Origin: a virus
Lineage: Duplodnaviria; Caudoviricetes
Length of the DNA stretch: 64,000 nt
Strand: one strand, 5' to 3'
Virus record (IMG/VR): IMGVR_UViG_3300005546_000001
Span: 1-64,000 of that record
Part shown: piece after piece, positions 49,178 through 56,725 of the stretch
Layout of the letters: each line of letters starts with the position of its first letter
How positions within the stretch are numbered: position 1 is the first letter of the stretch
Program-made: the position numbers and the translations under genes
Notes under the pieces: model-generated
Told to the model about the DNA's origin: nothing
Seen by the model: the letters and a program-made list of their open reading frames with translations, nothing else
Database searches by the model: none

Positions 49178-49266
49178 GCTCCCTTGGTGTAGTGACAGCA
49201 CGCTTGCTTTATACGCAGGAAGCCCCAGATTAGGGCGTGGCAGAGGTTTAATTCCTCTAGGGAGTA
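49178..49266 (+). tRNA. tRNA with TAT anticodon (Ile codon AUA) and a long variable arm
   Basis: CTTGC-ttTATac-GCAGG; V arm GCCC-cagatta-GGGC. Confidence 0.8.
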
Positions 49267-49269
49267 CTC

Positions 49270-49342
49270 GGATCGAAGGCTCAATTGGCAGAGTACCGGA
49301 CTTTTAATCCGGGGGTTGTGAGTTCGACTCTCACTCGATCCA
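49270..49342 (+). tRNA. tRNA-Lys(TTT)
   Basis: CCGGA-ctTTTaa-TCCGG. Confidence 0.9.
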
Positions 49343-49346
49343 CTTT

Positions 49347-49418
49347 GTCGGCGTAATTTAATCGGTAAAATACATCCCCGGTACGGATGTTTCAAGAGTT
49401 CAAATCCCAGTACCGGCT
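49347..49418 (+). tRNA. tRNA-Thr(GGT), C33, degenerate (possible pseudogene)
   Basis: CATCC-ccGGTac-GGATG; T stem and acceptor poorly paired. Confidence 0.55.
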
Positions 49419-49423
49419 TTTAT

Positions 49424-49496
49424 TGGCGTGTCGTTTAATAGGCAAGACGGCAGATTGTTAATCTGTTAAGTGCAGGTTCGAGTCCTGCCGCGCCAG
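49424..49496 (+). tRNA. tRNA-Asn(GTT)
   Basis: GCAGA-ttGTTaa-TCTGT. Confidence 0.9.
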
Positions 49497-49502
49497 CTTT
49501 AA

Positions 49503-49577
49503 CTGTGTGTAGCCTAGTCTGGTTCAGGCACTTGGTTTGGGGCCAAGGTCACGGGAGTTCAAATCTCTCCACACAGA
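49503..49577 (+). tRNA. tRNA-Pro(TGG)
   Basis: CTTGG-ttTGGgg-CCAAG. Confidence 0.9.
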
Positions 49578-49582
49578 CTTTA

Positions 49583-49656
49583 CAGGGTGTGGTGTCAATT
49601 GGCTGGCGACCCGGCCTGGAACCGGGAATATGCAGGTTCGAGTCCTGTCACCCTGA
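49583..49656 (+). tRNA. second tRNA-Pro(TGG), C33 and A37
   Basis: CCCGG-ccTGGaa-CCGGG. Confidence 0.75.
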
Positions 49657-49659
49657 CTT

Positions 49660-50175
49660 ATGAAAACAACAATAGCAACTTTATTTGTCGCATTGTTTCT
49701 TGCTGTTCCAGTGTTTTCACAAAACCGCGAACGGCACATGGATAATCGAGGTGTGTCAGAACACCGCCAAGAGTGGTTACAAGAACGTGCTCGAAATAGA
49801 GAACGAGAATCTCGTGATCGGCCTGTTAGAGTAGTTCCAGTAGTTCCGGTACGTCCAGTTCAACCTCGTATTGAAGATCGCCGTGGCGAGCAGCATCGCG
49901 ATTGGGATCGACGTGAACGCCACGAGCGTCCTTCGGGACCAAGAGTAGTGATCGTACCACGCTTGACATTCAGATTTCCTTTCTTTTACAAGGGAGCAAG
50001 AATCTACAACGCCTACGACTACGGATTTCGTGACGGATTCTACAAGGGACGAGAAGACTTCAGATTCGGATTTCCGTGTGATCCCGAATTCGAATTCGAT
50101 TACAGGCATTCATACGATGATCGTTATCGAGCGGGATTTCTTGCTGGATACGACCGTGGATGCCGTTGGCGCTAG
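49660..50175 (+). CDS. secreted Arg-rich protein
   Basis: signal peptide; YGFRDGF..GRED..YRAGF..GY motif. Confidence 0.7.
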   Translation: MKTTIATLFVALFLAVPVFSQNRERHMDNRGVSEHRQEWLQERARNRERESRDRPVRVVPVVPVRPVQPRIEDRRGEQHRDWDRRERHERPSGPRVVIVPRLTFRFPFFYKGARIYNAYDYGFRDGFYKGREDFRFGFPCDPEFEFDYRHSYDDRYRAGFLAGYDRGCRWR

Positions 50176-50184
50176 GAGATTTTT

Positions 50185-50331
50185 ATGCTTTGGACGATTT
50201 TGATCGTGCTTTTAGTTCTATGGTTACTCGGTTTGATCGGTGGAGTCGGGGGTGGTTTAATCCACCTCCTGCTCGTTGTCGCGCTGATCGTTCTTTTAAT
50301 CCAGTTGATTACTGGCCGAAGAGTAGTTTAA
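50185..50331 (+). CDS. lmo0937-like small membrane protein (missing from ORF track)
   Basis: AGGAG RBS; MLWTILIVLLVLWLLGLIGGVGGGLIHLLLVVALIVLLIQLITGRRVV. Confidence 0.8.
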   Translation: MLWTILIVLLVLWLLGLIGGVGGGLIHLLLVVALIVLLIQLITGRRVV

Positions 50332-50338
50332 ATTTTTA

Positions 50339-50415
50339 GGGCTCATAGCTTCAATTGGTAAAGCGACTGGCCTGCAACCAGTAGACTCTCGGTTCGAATC
50401 CGAGTGGGTCCACCA
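50339..50415 (+). tRNA. tRNA-Ala(TGC), C33
   Basis: ACTGG-ccTGCaa-CCAGT; G3:U70; CCA. Confidence 0.9.
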
Positions 50416-50420
50416 TTTTT

Positions 50421-50493
50421 GCGGATATAATTCAAGAGGATAGAATCCAAGTTTCCTAAACTTGCTATCCGGGTCCGAGTCCCGGTATCCGCT
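50421..50493 (+). tRNA. tRNA-Arg(CCT)
   Basis: CAAGT-ttCCTaa-ACTTG. Confidence 0.85.
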
Positions 50494-50496
50494 TTT

Positions 50497-50571
50497 GTAC
50501 GCATAGCTGAGATGGATTAGCGGCAGTCTGAAGAACTGCAAAGGCCCGTTCGATTCGTGCTGCGTACACCA
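50497..50571 (+). tRNA. tRNA-Phe(GAA)
   Basis: GCAGT-ctGAAga-ACTGC, CCA. Confidence 0.85.
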
Positions 50572-50591
50572 CATCATATAAAGGAAAACAA

Positions 50592-50834
50592 ATGCATTAC
50601 CGAAATGGTCGTGAAGCTCATAACGGAGACAAGGTAGTAAAATTAGAAGGTGGGAAGATTGTTAGTTTCGGAGTGCTGCACAGCGCCACTCCCGGCAACG
50701 ATTACTGCAATGGATATATAGCTGTAGTACAGTCCCCAACCGACTACGCTTGTATGGTAGACTGTCTCCATGTAGATGACGTAGCTGAGTTGCTAGCAGA
50801 AAAAGGGTTAGCAACCCGACCGGCTGGTAAGTAA
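50592..50834 (+). CDS. hypothetical protein
   Basis: AAGGA RBS; MHYRNGREAHNGD. Confidence 0.75.
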   Translation: MHYRNGREAHNGDKVVKLEGGKIVSFGVLHSATPGNDYCNGYIAVVQSPTDYACMVDCLHVDDVAELLAEKGLATRPAGK

Positions 50835-50837
50835 TTT

Positions 50838-50908
50838 TGCTCGGAAACCAAATGGATCGGTGATAGTCTTTGAAACTATTTTAGTTGGTTCGATTCCAAC
50901 CCGAGCGG
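50838..50908 (+). tRNA. tRNA-Gln(TTG)
   Basis: ATAGT-ctTTGaa-ACTAT. Confidence 0.85.
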
Positions 50909-50912
50909 CTTT

Positions 50913-50985
50913 GTCGCGCTGATATAACTGGTTATTATTCCGGTCCTGTAAATCGGCCATCGGGGTTCGACTCCCCGGCGCGGCT
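50913..50985 (+). tRNA. tRNA-Thr(TGT), C33
   Basis: CCGGT-ccTGTaa-ATCGG. Confidence 0.8.
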
Positions 50986-51001
50986 CTTAGGATTAAATTT
51001 T

Positions 51002-51145
51002 ATGCCATATAAAGTAAAAACCCCATCTGGTGTTTTAGCAGATGGAGAATGGGAACGAATCGAAGATATTCCAGAAAAAATACCAGATCGATTTGAATAC
51101 TACTTTGAAACTGCTGAAGCAGAAATTATATGGGTTGACGACTAA
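51002..51145 (+). CDS. small acidic protein
   Basis: AGGA RBS; MPYKVKTPSG... Confidence 0.5.
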   Translation: MPYKVKTPSGVLADGEWERIEDIPEKIPDRFEYYFETAEAEIIWVDD

Positions 51146-51152
51146 TTTAGTT

Positions 51153-51191
51153 GCCGTATTGATGTAGCTGGAAACACGGGAGTCTTCCAAA
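51153..51191 (+). pseudogene. 5' half of a tRNA-Gly(TCC)
   Basis: acceptor 5' strand, D arm and GGAGT-ctTCCaa, then no 3' half. Confidence 0.7.
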
Positions 51192-51198
51192 AATAAAA

Positions 51199-51687
51199 AT
51201 GTATAAACAAAGATTTTGTAATGATTGTGGCTCTAAAAGAGATAAAAGAAGCAAAAGCGAACTTTGCTTAATATGCTTTAGAGAAAAAGTTAAACGCGAG
51301 GCTAATAAATATCAACCCGGATTTATTTAAGGTGGAAGTCAGTGGGCAGATAAGGATGGTTTAACTCATTATCAAAAAAATAAATCTCAATATTCTGCAT
51401 TAGCTATGCTCTCGAAGAAGAGAAGAAAGATTATTCTCTATAGTATTATAAATGAATACAAAGCTGAACGAGGGTGCAAGGATTGTGGCAATAAATTTCC
51501 AGAATATCCACAAGTTTTAGATTTTGATCATTTAGATTCAAATAATAAAAAGGCAGCAATTTCATCAATGCTACAGTTTGGGAATTCTTTGCAGTTAATA
51601 ATAGACGAGATTGCTAAATGTGAGTTAGTTTGTGCAAATTGTCATAGAATAAGAACTTTTAAAAGAAGACATAAAATTAGTATTTAA
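51199..51687 (+). pseudogene. HNH endonuclease with in-frame TAA at 51328-51330
   Basis: MYKQRFCNDC...GFI*GG... continues in frame into CKDCG, LDFDH, CELVCANCHRIRT. Confidence 0.7.
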
Positions 51688-51689
51688 TT

Positions 51690-51762
51690 GTGAAAGTAGC
51701 TCAATTGGCAGAGCGCCAGTCTTCCAAACTGGATGTTGCGAGATCGTTGCTCGTCTTTCACA
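51690..51762 (+). tRNA. tRNA-Gly(TCC)
   Basis: CCAGT-ctTCCaa-ACTGG; A73. Confidence 0.8.
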
Positions 51763-51766
51763 TTTC

Positions 51767-51838
51767 GCCAGATTCGACAAGCGGAAAGTCACTACGTTTA
51801 CACCGTAGCATGCGTGGGTCCGAATCCTACATCTGGCA
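51767..51838 (+). tRNA. tRNA-Val(TAC)
   Basis: CTACG-ttTACac-CGTAG. Confidence 0.85.
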
Positions 51839-51840
51839 TT

Positions 51841-51995
51841 CTGTGCGGTATATCGAAAGTAGCCCCCGCTTTGTCTGGTAAGGTTGCAAACGAACCAGCG
51901 AAGTACTTGGCAATCGGCGCCTGAAGCAGAAGCATGGAATGCTGGCCAGCAAGAAATGCGGAGCAGGAGATTGGCGCAAATTCGGGATAGCACAG
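51841..51995 (+). ncRNA. unidentified ~155-nt structured RNA
   Basis: fills a tRNA spacer; ends pair CTGTGC/GCACAG and TCGAA/TTCGG. Confidence 0.4.
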
Positions 51996-51999
51996 ATTC

Positions 52000-52077
52000 G
52001 CTGGTGTAGTGTATAAAAATAGGATAACACAGCCTTCCCGTAAAGGGCAAATGGCGGTTCGAGTCCGCTCATCAGCT
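52000..52077 (+). tRNA. tRNA-Thr(CGT), C33, enlarged D loop
   Basis: GCCTT-ccCGTaa-AGGGC. Confidence 0.8.
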
Positions 52078-52084
52078 TAATTTT

Positions 52085-52630
52085 ATGAGGCCAGTTCTTC
52101 AATTATCCGCAGCATATGAAGCTGAGAAGTTAGTCTCAGTAGAAGATGCTTTCCTGCTTATCTGGAAGGGCGCCGCTGAACTCGTTGAACCGGACGGCGC
52201 CAGAGTCCTTCGCTCCCAGTACGATAGTTTCCCACAACCTTCCGTAATCCGCCTCGTTAAATATATCGACATCCGTGGAAAACAACGTCGTTCACATTCC
52301 AAAAGAAATCGTGTCCTAGGACGTGACGGCTACCGCTGTCAGTATTGTGGAGCTAAAGGTACAAACATGACTCTGACAATGGATCACATCTTTCCAGCAT
52401 CCCGAGGTGGGCAAACATCCCCAGAGAACCTTGTTACTGCGTGTTTTTCTTGTAATCAAAAGAAGGGTGATCGGACTCCAGAAGAAGCTGGGATGCGTCT
52501 CAGAAAGAACCCAACGTCTCTTACATATGGGATCGACCGTTCAATTATTTGTCACATCGCAGAGAACCGCCCAGAATGGGCCAAGTTCTTGTACATCGAT
52601 AGTAAGTACTCAGAAGCTTTTGAGGAATAA
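52085..52630 (+). CDS. HNH (McrA-like) endonuclease
   Basis: PSVIRL, RD.YRCQYCG, DHIFP.SRGG, NLVTAC..CN..KG. Confidence 0.9.
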   Translation: MRPVLQLSAAYEAEKLVSVEDAFLLIWKGAAELVEPDGARVLRSQYDSFPQPSVIRLVKYIDIRGKQRRSHSKRNRVLGRDGYRCQYCGAKGTNMTLTMDHIFPASRGGQTSPENLVTACFSCNQKKGDRTPEEAGMRLRKNPTSLTYGIDRSIICHIAENRPEWAKFLYIDSKYSEAFEE

Positions 52631-52675
52631 CCCCGGCTTAGCCGGACTGTAGGATTTATGTCAGCCAAAGTTAAC

Positions 52676-52704
52676 GGGGGGCCGCAAGAGCGGCCCCTTT
52701 CTTA
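52676..52704 (+). terminator. intrinsic terminator
   Basis: GGGGGCCGC-aaga-GCGGCCCC-TTTCTT. Confidence 0.7.
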
Positions 52705-52750
52705 TTATGCAGAACCAAAAAATCCATCAATAGAGGAAGAAGTCAGCCCT

Positions 52751-53170
52751 ATGCGCAAAAGTAATCTTTCCAACGAAGATGATATAGCTGACATCGCAAA
52801 TATTCTTCGCGATGGATTTAAAGATATTGGCAAGCAACTAGAAGATCAGAAAGACGAGATTGCTAGCCGCATGCCAGTCAAACCATCATTAACAGCTATT
52901 ATCGGCGCTGCTGTGGCTGTTTTAACTGTATGCTTAATTGTCGGCGCGTATCTTGTAACTATTACTAAATATAGTTCAGATCTTGCTGGAGAAGTAAATG
53001 TCTTAAAAACAACTATTCAAAATCAAAATGAAAAATTTATTAATTTGCAGACCCAGATTAATGATGATAAATTAGATGTCAAAACGATGAGAGCAGAAGT
53101 AAATCAGTTAAGAATTGAAGTTGCCCGAGTATCTGGAAGAGTTGTAGTTCCAACTCCCGCCATTCCCTAA
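52751..53170 (+). CDS. single-TM coiled-coil membrane protein (holin/spanin-like)
   Basis: GAGG RBS before MRKSNL; TM helix then coiled coil. Confidence 0.6.
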   Translation: MRKSNLSNEDDIADIANILRDGFKDIGKQLEDQKDEIASRMPVKPSLTAIIGAAVAVLTVCLIVGAYLVTITKYSSDLAGEVNVLKTTIQNQNEKFINLQTQINDDKLDVKTMRAEVNQLRIEVARVSGRVVVPTPAIP

Positions 53171-53195
53171 CAATCAAATTAAAGGATAAAAAATA

Positions 53196-53423
53196 ATGTG
53201 TGTACCTTGCAAAGTAGTAACTAATGGTTTAACCGCTGTTGGTAAAATAAATGGATGGTATGGTGGACTAGAAGAACTTCATAGTAGAGGATTTGATCTC
53301 CCAGCATCAGCCTACCGCCGCGCCAAGGAAGTTTTGTGTGGATTTGATGATGATATGGACGAAGTTCTAAATTTCATTAACAACGGCCCATATGTGCCCT
53401 TTAAGAAAGAAATAATTCTCTAG
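53196..53423 (+). CDS. hypothetical protein
   Basis: AAGGA RBS. Confidence 0.6.
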   Translation: MCVPCKVVTNGLTAVGKINGWYGGLEELHSRGFDLPASAYRRAKEVLCGFDDDMDEVLNFINNGPYVPFKKEIIL

Positions 53424-53445
53424 GGATAGCATATATGCTATATGA

Positions 53446-53820
53446 ATGGGATCAATAATGGCAGATCGTGACATAATGACTGAGTTAGCAGTCATGATAG
53501 ATCAATTAACTGATGCCGTGAAAGCACTTACTATCAAGCTGGATAAATTACAAGATGAGAAAGTTCAGTCTCTTTCAGAACAAATGGCACGCCAAGATGA
53601 GCGTTTGAAATCAACCGAAGTTATAGCTAGCTCAGCAAAAAATATATCCGACGTAATTTCAAATGAATTTAGTGCTCAGAAAGATAAGGTAGCAAAACTC
53701 GAAAGATTCTTTTATGGAATGATAATTTTTGTAATTATCCAGCTAATTGGGCTGCTTATTTGGCTGATAAAAATTCCCCATGCAATGGTAATTTTGAAAG
53801 GTATTTCATGGCTGAGATAG
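53446..53820 (+). CDS. coiled-coil plus C-terminal TM protein (XhlA/holin-like)
   Basis: architecture; KVAKLERFFYGMIIFVII. Confidence 0.55.
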   Translation: MGSIMADRDIMTELAVMIDQLTDAVKALTIKLDKLQDEKVQSLSEQMARQDERLKSTEVIASSAKNISDVISNEFSAQKDKVAKLERFFYGMIIFVIIQLIGLLIWLIKIPHAMVILKGISWLR

Positions 53821-54266
53821 ATTTGGATGCTCTAAAATCAAGATTACGAATGATTCGCGCTGGAATGAGCCGGTCGTTTTGGAGTGATTTGCTGGTAGAA
53901 ACTGCGGCTGCAATAGTTGTAGAAGAAAGTGGTTATATAGTTGATGCTACAAAACCAGGAGATTTGTTATTTGGGTACATCCCAGGTGAACTTGCCGGAC
54001 AATCTTTAAAAACCATAATTCCAAAACGATTTTGGGAAATACATGATCAACATTGGAAACGATATTGGGAAAATCCTATCGCTCAAGCAATGGGCGCCCG
54101 CTTAATGGAGGTTCCTGATATGAGCGGAGCCTCCAAACGAAAGTTGGATATTGTTGGCCGGGTTAAGGACGGAACAGAGAAGAATTTGACTATCGGACTT
54201 TATCCATTTAAACCAAAAGAAACCGATCAAAGAGCCGCATTAGCGTTGATATCAGAGAGATTTTAA
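53808..54266 (+). CDS. stand-alone PAS-domain protein (FixL-like)
   Basis: AIVV...GYIV, LFGY...EL.GQ.L..IIP, EIHDQH...Y, MG, GR.KDGT. Confidence 0.8.
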   Translation: MAEIDLDALKSRLRMIRAGMSRSFWSDLLVETAAAIVVEESGYIVDATKPGDLLFGYIPGELAGQSLKTIIPKRFWEIHDQHWKRYWENPIAQAMGARLMEVPDMSGASKRKLDIVGRVKDGTEKNLTIGLYPFKPKETDQRAALALISERF

Positions 54267-54610
54267 TGCATCAATGGTTTTTTACACGTCCAAAATGGAT
54301 AGCATTTGGTTCTATGACATCCGGGGCTGTTAGTACTGCATATGGATTGTTTACATGCATTCGATATGCTCAAAGTGGACAATCAGTATCCCCAATATTT
54401 GGGACTGTTCCAATGGCATTTCCTACTGCCGCATTATTTGTAATTGATGGATTAGCGATCTTTTGGATTGGCTGGTTAATAAGAACTCAAAATTTTTCTA
54501 AAGCTAGAAACTACCCAAGATTAAGCGAAAACCATAAGGTACAATTAATTTTGGCTGCCATCAGTGCTATTTCTTTAATCTTAGTAGCTCTAATTGGGTC
54601 GTTTAAATAG
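54266..54610 (+). CDS. 3-TM membrane protein (holin candidate)
   Basis: three hydrophobic segments; TAATG overlap. Confidence 0.55.
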   Translation: MHQWFFTRPKWIAFGSMTSGAVSTAYGLFTCIRYAQSGQSVSPIFGTVPMAFPTAALFVIDGLAIFWIGWLIRTQNFSKARNYPRLSENHKVQLILAAISAISLILVALIGSFK

Positions 54611-54896
54611 CAGCTAGCTTGCTACATAATTCTTTAACGCTCTTACAAAGAGCTATCCTTCGAGCATGTTCCGGGCGATCTATGTCTTCAACCATTCGCT
54701 TTGTTACGCCCATCATTAATTTTGTTTCTTCCACGAAATCATTTACATTCCTTGCAAGCAAGCATACCCAAAAATTTCCTTGTTTAAAATAAGCAACGCT
54801 TATCTTCTTAAGAAAATCCTTATGTCGGGTTCCCATTTCCACTCGACTACCAAGTTTTATCTCATCATCAGTTAATCCGCGAAATATAAGTTTCAT
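54603..54896 (-). CDS. hypothetical protein
   Basis: last gene of leftward operon. Confidence 0.6.
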   Translation of the reverse strand: MKLIFRGLTDDEIKLGSRVEMGTRHKDFLKKISVAYFKQGNFWVCLLARNVNDFVEETKLMMGVTKRMVEDIDRPEHARRIALCKSVKELCSKLAAI

Positions 54897-55240
54897 AATT
54901 CCCCACTATCAAATTTCTTATAGCACTCATTACATTCCTGAATATTATTTACTCTTCCATCTGAGAATGCCTCAGTAAAATACCAAATGCCATGTTCACA
55001 AATTGCAAGTTCTACTTGCAATCCAGTAAATGGGCTACATTCTGGGTCATCCTTGATATACTTGCAATTTCTTGATTTTCGCATGGCTTGTACACCAAGA
55101 ACTTTTGCGTGCTCCTTGTCAAAAGCAAGCACTCCGACGCAATCTCGTCCAGATTCTATCGGTCCAGTTCCATCGTCTAAAATAGGAATTACTTCTTCGT
55201 ATTCAGGGGACATTACCCAATAGGGCTTTAATTCTTCCAT
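54893..55240 (-). CDS. hypothetical protein
   Basis: GAGG RBS, ATGA overlap. Confidence 0.65.
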   Translation of the reverse strand: MEELKPYWVMSPEYEEVIPILDDGTGPIESGRDCVGVLAFDKEHAKVLGVQAMRKSRNCKYIKDDPECSPFTGLQVELAICEHGIWYFTEAFSDGRVNNIQECNECYKKFDSGEL

Positions 55241-55242
55241 AA

Positions 55243-55692
55243 TTACCTCGGCGCATATATTTCAATCCTTATATTTTCAAGCGGTGATAGTTTTTCCAGC
55301 ATTAGTGGCAGAACTTCTCCAAAGAAATCCAGTCCCCCGTTGCCACACCCAAGAGCCGGTATTGCTATCGAATCGATTTCTCCTTCTTTTATTACTCTAA
55401 CTAAATCATCCAACCCATCTTCAATCCATTCTATTTTTGAAGGATTTTTCCAATGAACTTTTGTTGGAAAAGAAATAACATAACGTGGCTCGAATAAATG
55501 CTCGCAAACGTACATCTTTCCCGGCTGTACTTGCCCAGCATCGCAAGCTATCTTATGTGCTTTAAAGCATTCTGGAAATCTTTTCTTGAACTCCAGCGCA
55601 ACTCCTTTACCCCAAGTCCCAACACAATTTACTGTGTTCACAAGAGCTTCACAATTACTAGAAAACAAATCGCCGTGTAAAACTTCAATCAT
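55243..55692 (-). CDS. DarG-like macrodomain
   Basis: GDLF, VNTVNCVG..GKGVA, FPTK.HW, PALGCGNGGL. Confidence 0.9.
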   Translation of the reverse strand: MIEVLHGDLFSSNCEALVNTVNCVGTWGKGVALEFKKRFPECFKAHKIACDAGQVQPGKMYVCEHLFEPRYVISFPTKVHWKNPSKIEWIEDGLDDLVRVIKEGEIDSIAIPALGCGNGGLDFFGEVLPLMLEKLSPLENIRIEIYAPR

Positions 55693-56300
55693 TACACTCC
55701 TATTTTAGTAGTCCACATCAAACTCAAGCCTCCGGCTACTATTTTAAGATCTATTACTTTTCCGTATTGCCCCGTTAGTATAAAAGCATCTTCAATTTCA
55801 AATTCCCAAAAATGCTCGGGGCTGGGATTTTGATTCATTAGCGGGACACTGATTACAAGGTTTCCCCTTGGATGAGTAATTCGTGCTAGTTCAGCAACTA
55901 CTCTTTCTGGATCATCCACATGCTCTAGAGTCTCACCGCAATGAGTGAGATAAAACTGACCATCATTGTATCTGGTAGCTATAACATCTCTGCATTTAAA
56001 TTCAATGTGAGGATTGTATTGCTGGCAGAAATCAATTACATTTGGTGAAAAATCCAACCCGTATTTTTTCCAAGTTGGAAAAACAGCGTGAACATGATTC
56101 AGGAGTTCTGCCGAACCACATCCTGCGTCAAGAAATGCCAGCGCCTGTCCGGGCCAGTATTGTTGAACGTCTCTGATTGCATTGTAAACGAAGACAGTCC
56201 GCTCAAAATCAAATCTTTGTTTGCCTGAGCTGATTTCGGATTGGTATTGTTTGTCCCAGTATTCAGGACTATTCAACTGCGGGTTTTCAGTTCTTTTCAT
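55692..56300 (-). CDS. class I SAM-dependent methyltransferase
   Basis: LDAGCGS, GLDFS, ETLEH..DP. Confidence 0.85.
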   Translation of the reverse strand: MKRTENPQLNSPEYWDKQYQSEISSGKQRFDFERTVFVYNAIRDVQQYWPGQALAFLDAGCGSAELLNHVHAVFPTWKKYGLDFSPNVIDFCQQYNPHIEFKCRDVIATRYNDGQFYLTHCGETLEHVDDPERVVAELARITHPRGNLVISVPLMNQNPSPEHFWEFEIEDAFILTGQYGKVIDLKIVAGGLSLMWTTKIGV

Positions 56301-56725
56301 TCTACTTTCCCAGTTACAAAATTATACACCACGCACGGCTTGCCAGCCTTCTTCATTCGTCTGGTCATATCCATGCTTCCCTTCGAGTGTCCGTCCCACA
56401 TAACCAGCGCAGCGTCTGCATACTCCGCCATCAACTGATTCCTCTCAAATCCTGCGGCCATGTTCACCTTTCCACCTATACGCCATTTGGCTGGAAATTG
56501 TTTAACTGGAACTGCCGCACGGTATGCCGCCAGCTCCCCGATTTTATCGGCACCGCGAGCCGCGCCAGAAACTATTTCAGTAGGATGAAAATCTGTGTAA
56601 TCTTGCAATACACGCCAAACTTTGTTTCTCAGCAAGTCACACCCGTAACAATCTTTGTTCGGGTTTGCGTCGTGTCCCTTTATTGTACAACAAAAACTTC
56701 TCGAACCGGCTATTATAAGCTTCAT
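56297..56725 (-). CDS. SLOG (YspA/DUF2493-like) protein
   Basis: IIAGSR, IVSGAARGAD, AG..RN..MA, WDG.SKG. Confidence 0.85.
   Translation of the reverse strand: MKLIIAGSRSFCCTIKGHDANPNKDCYGCDLLRNKVWRVLQDYTDFHPTEIVSGAARGADKIGELAAYRAAVPVKQFPAKWRIGGKVNMAAGFERNQLMAEYADAALVMWDGHSKGSMDMTRRMKKAGKPCVVYNFVTGKVE

Noticed and set aside
46480-52102. Many short ORF-track entries over the tRNA array (e.g. 47275, 47801, 49126, 49524, 50296, 51625)
   Set aside because: They overlap tRNA genes and are shadow ORFs.
52658-52750. ORF-track start at 52658
   Set aside because: It spans a strong terminator hairpin; the ATG at 52751 with a GAGG RBS is more plausible.
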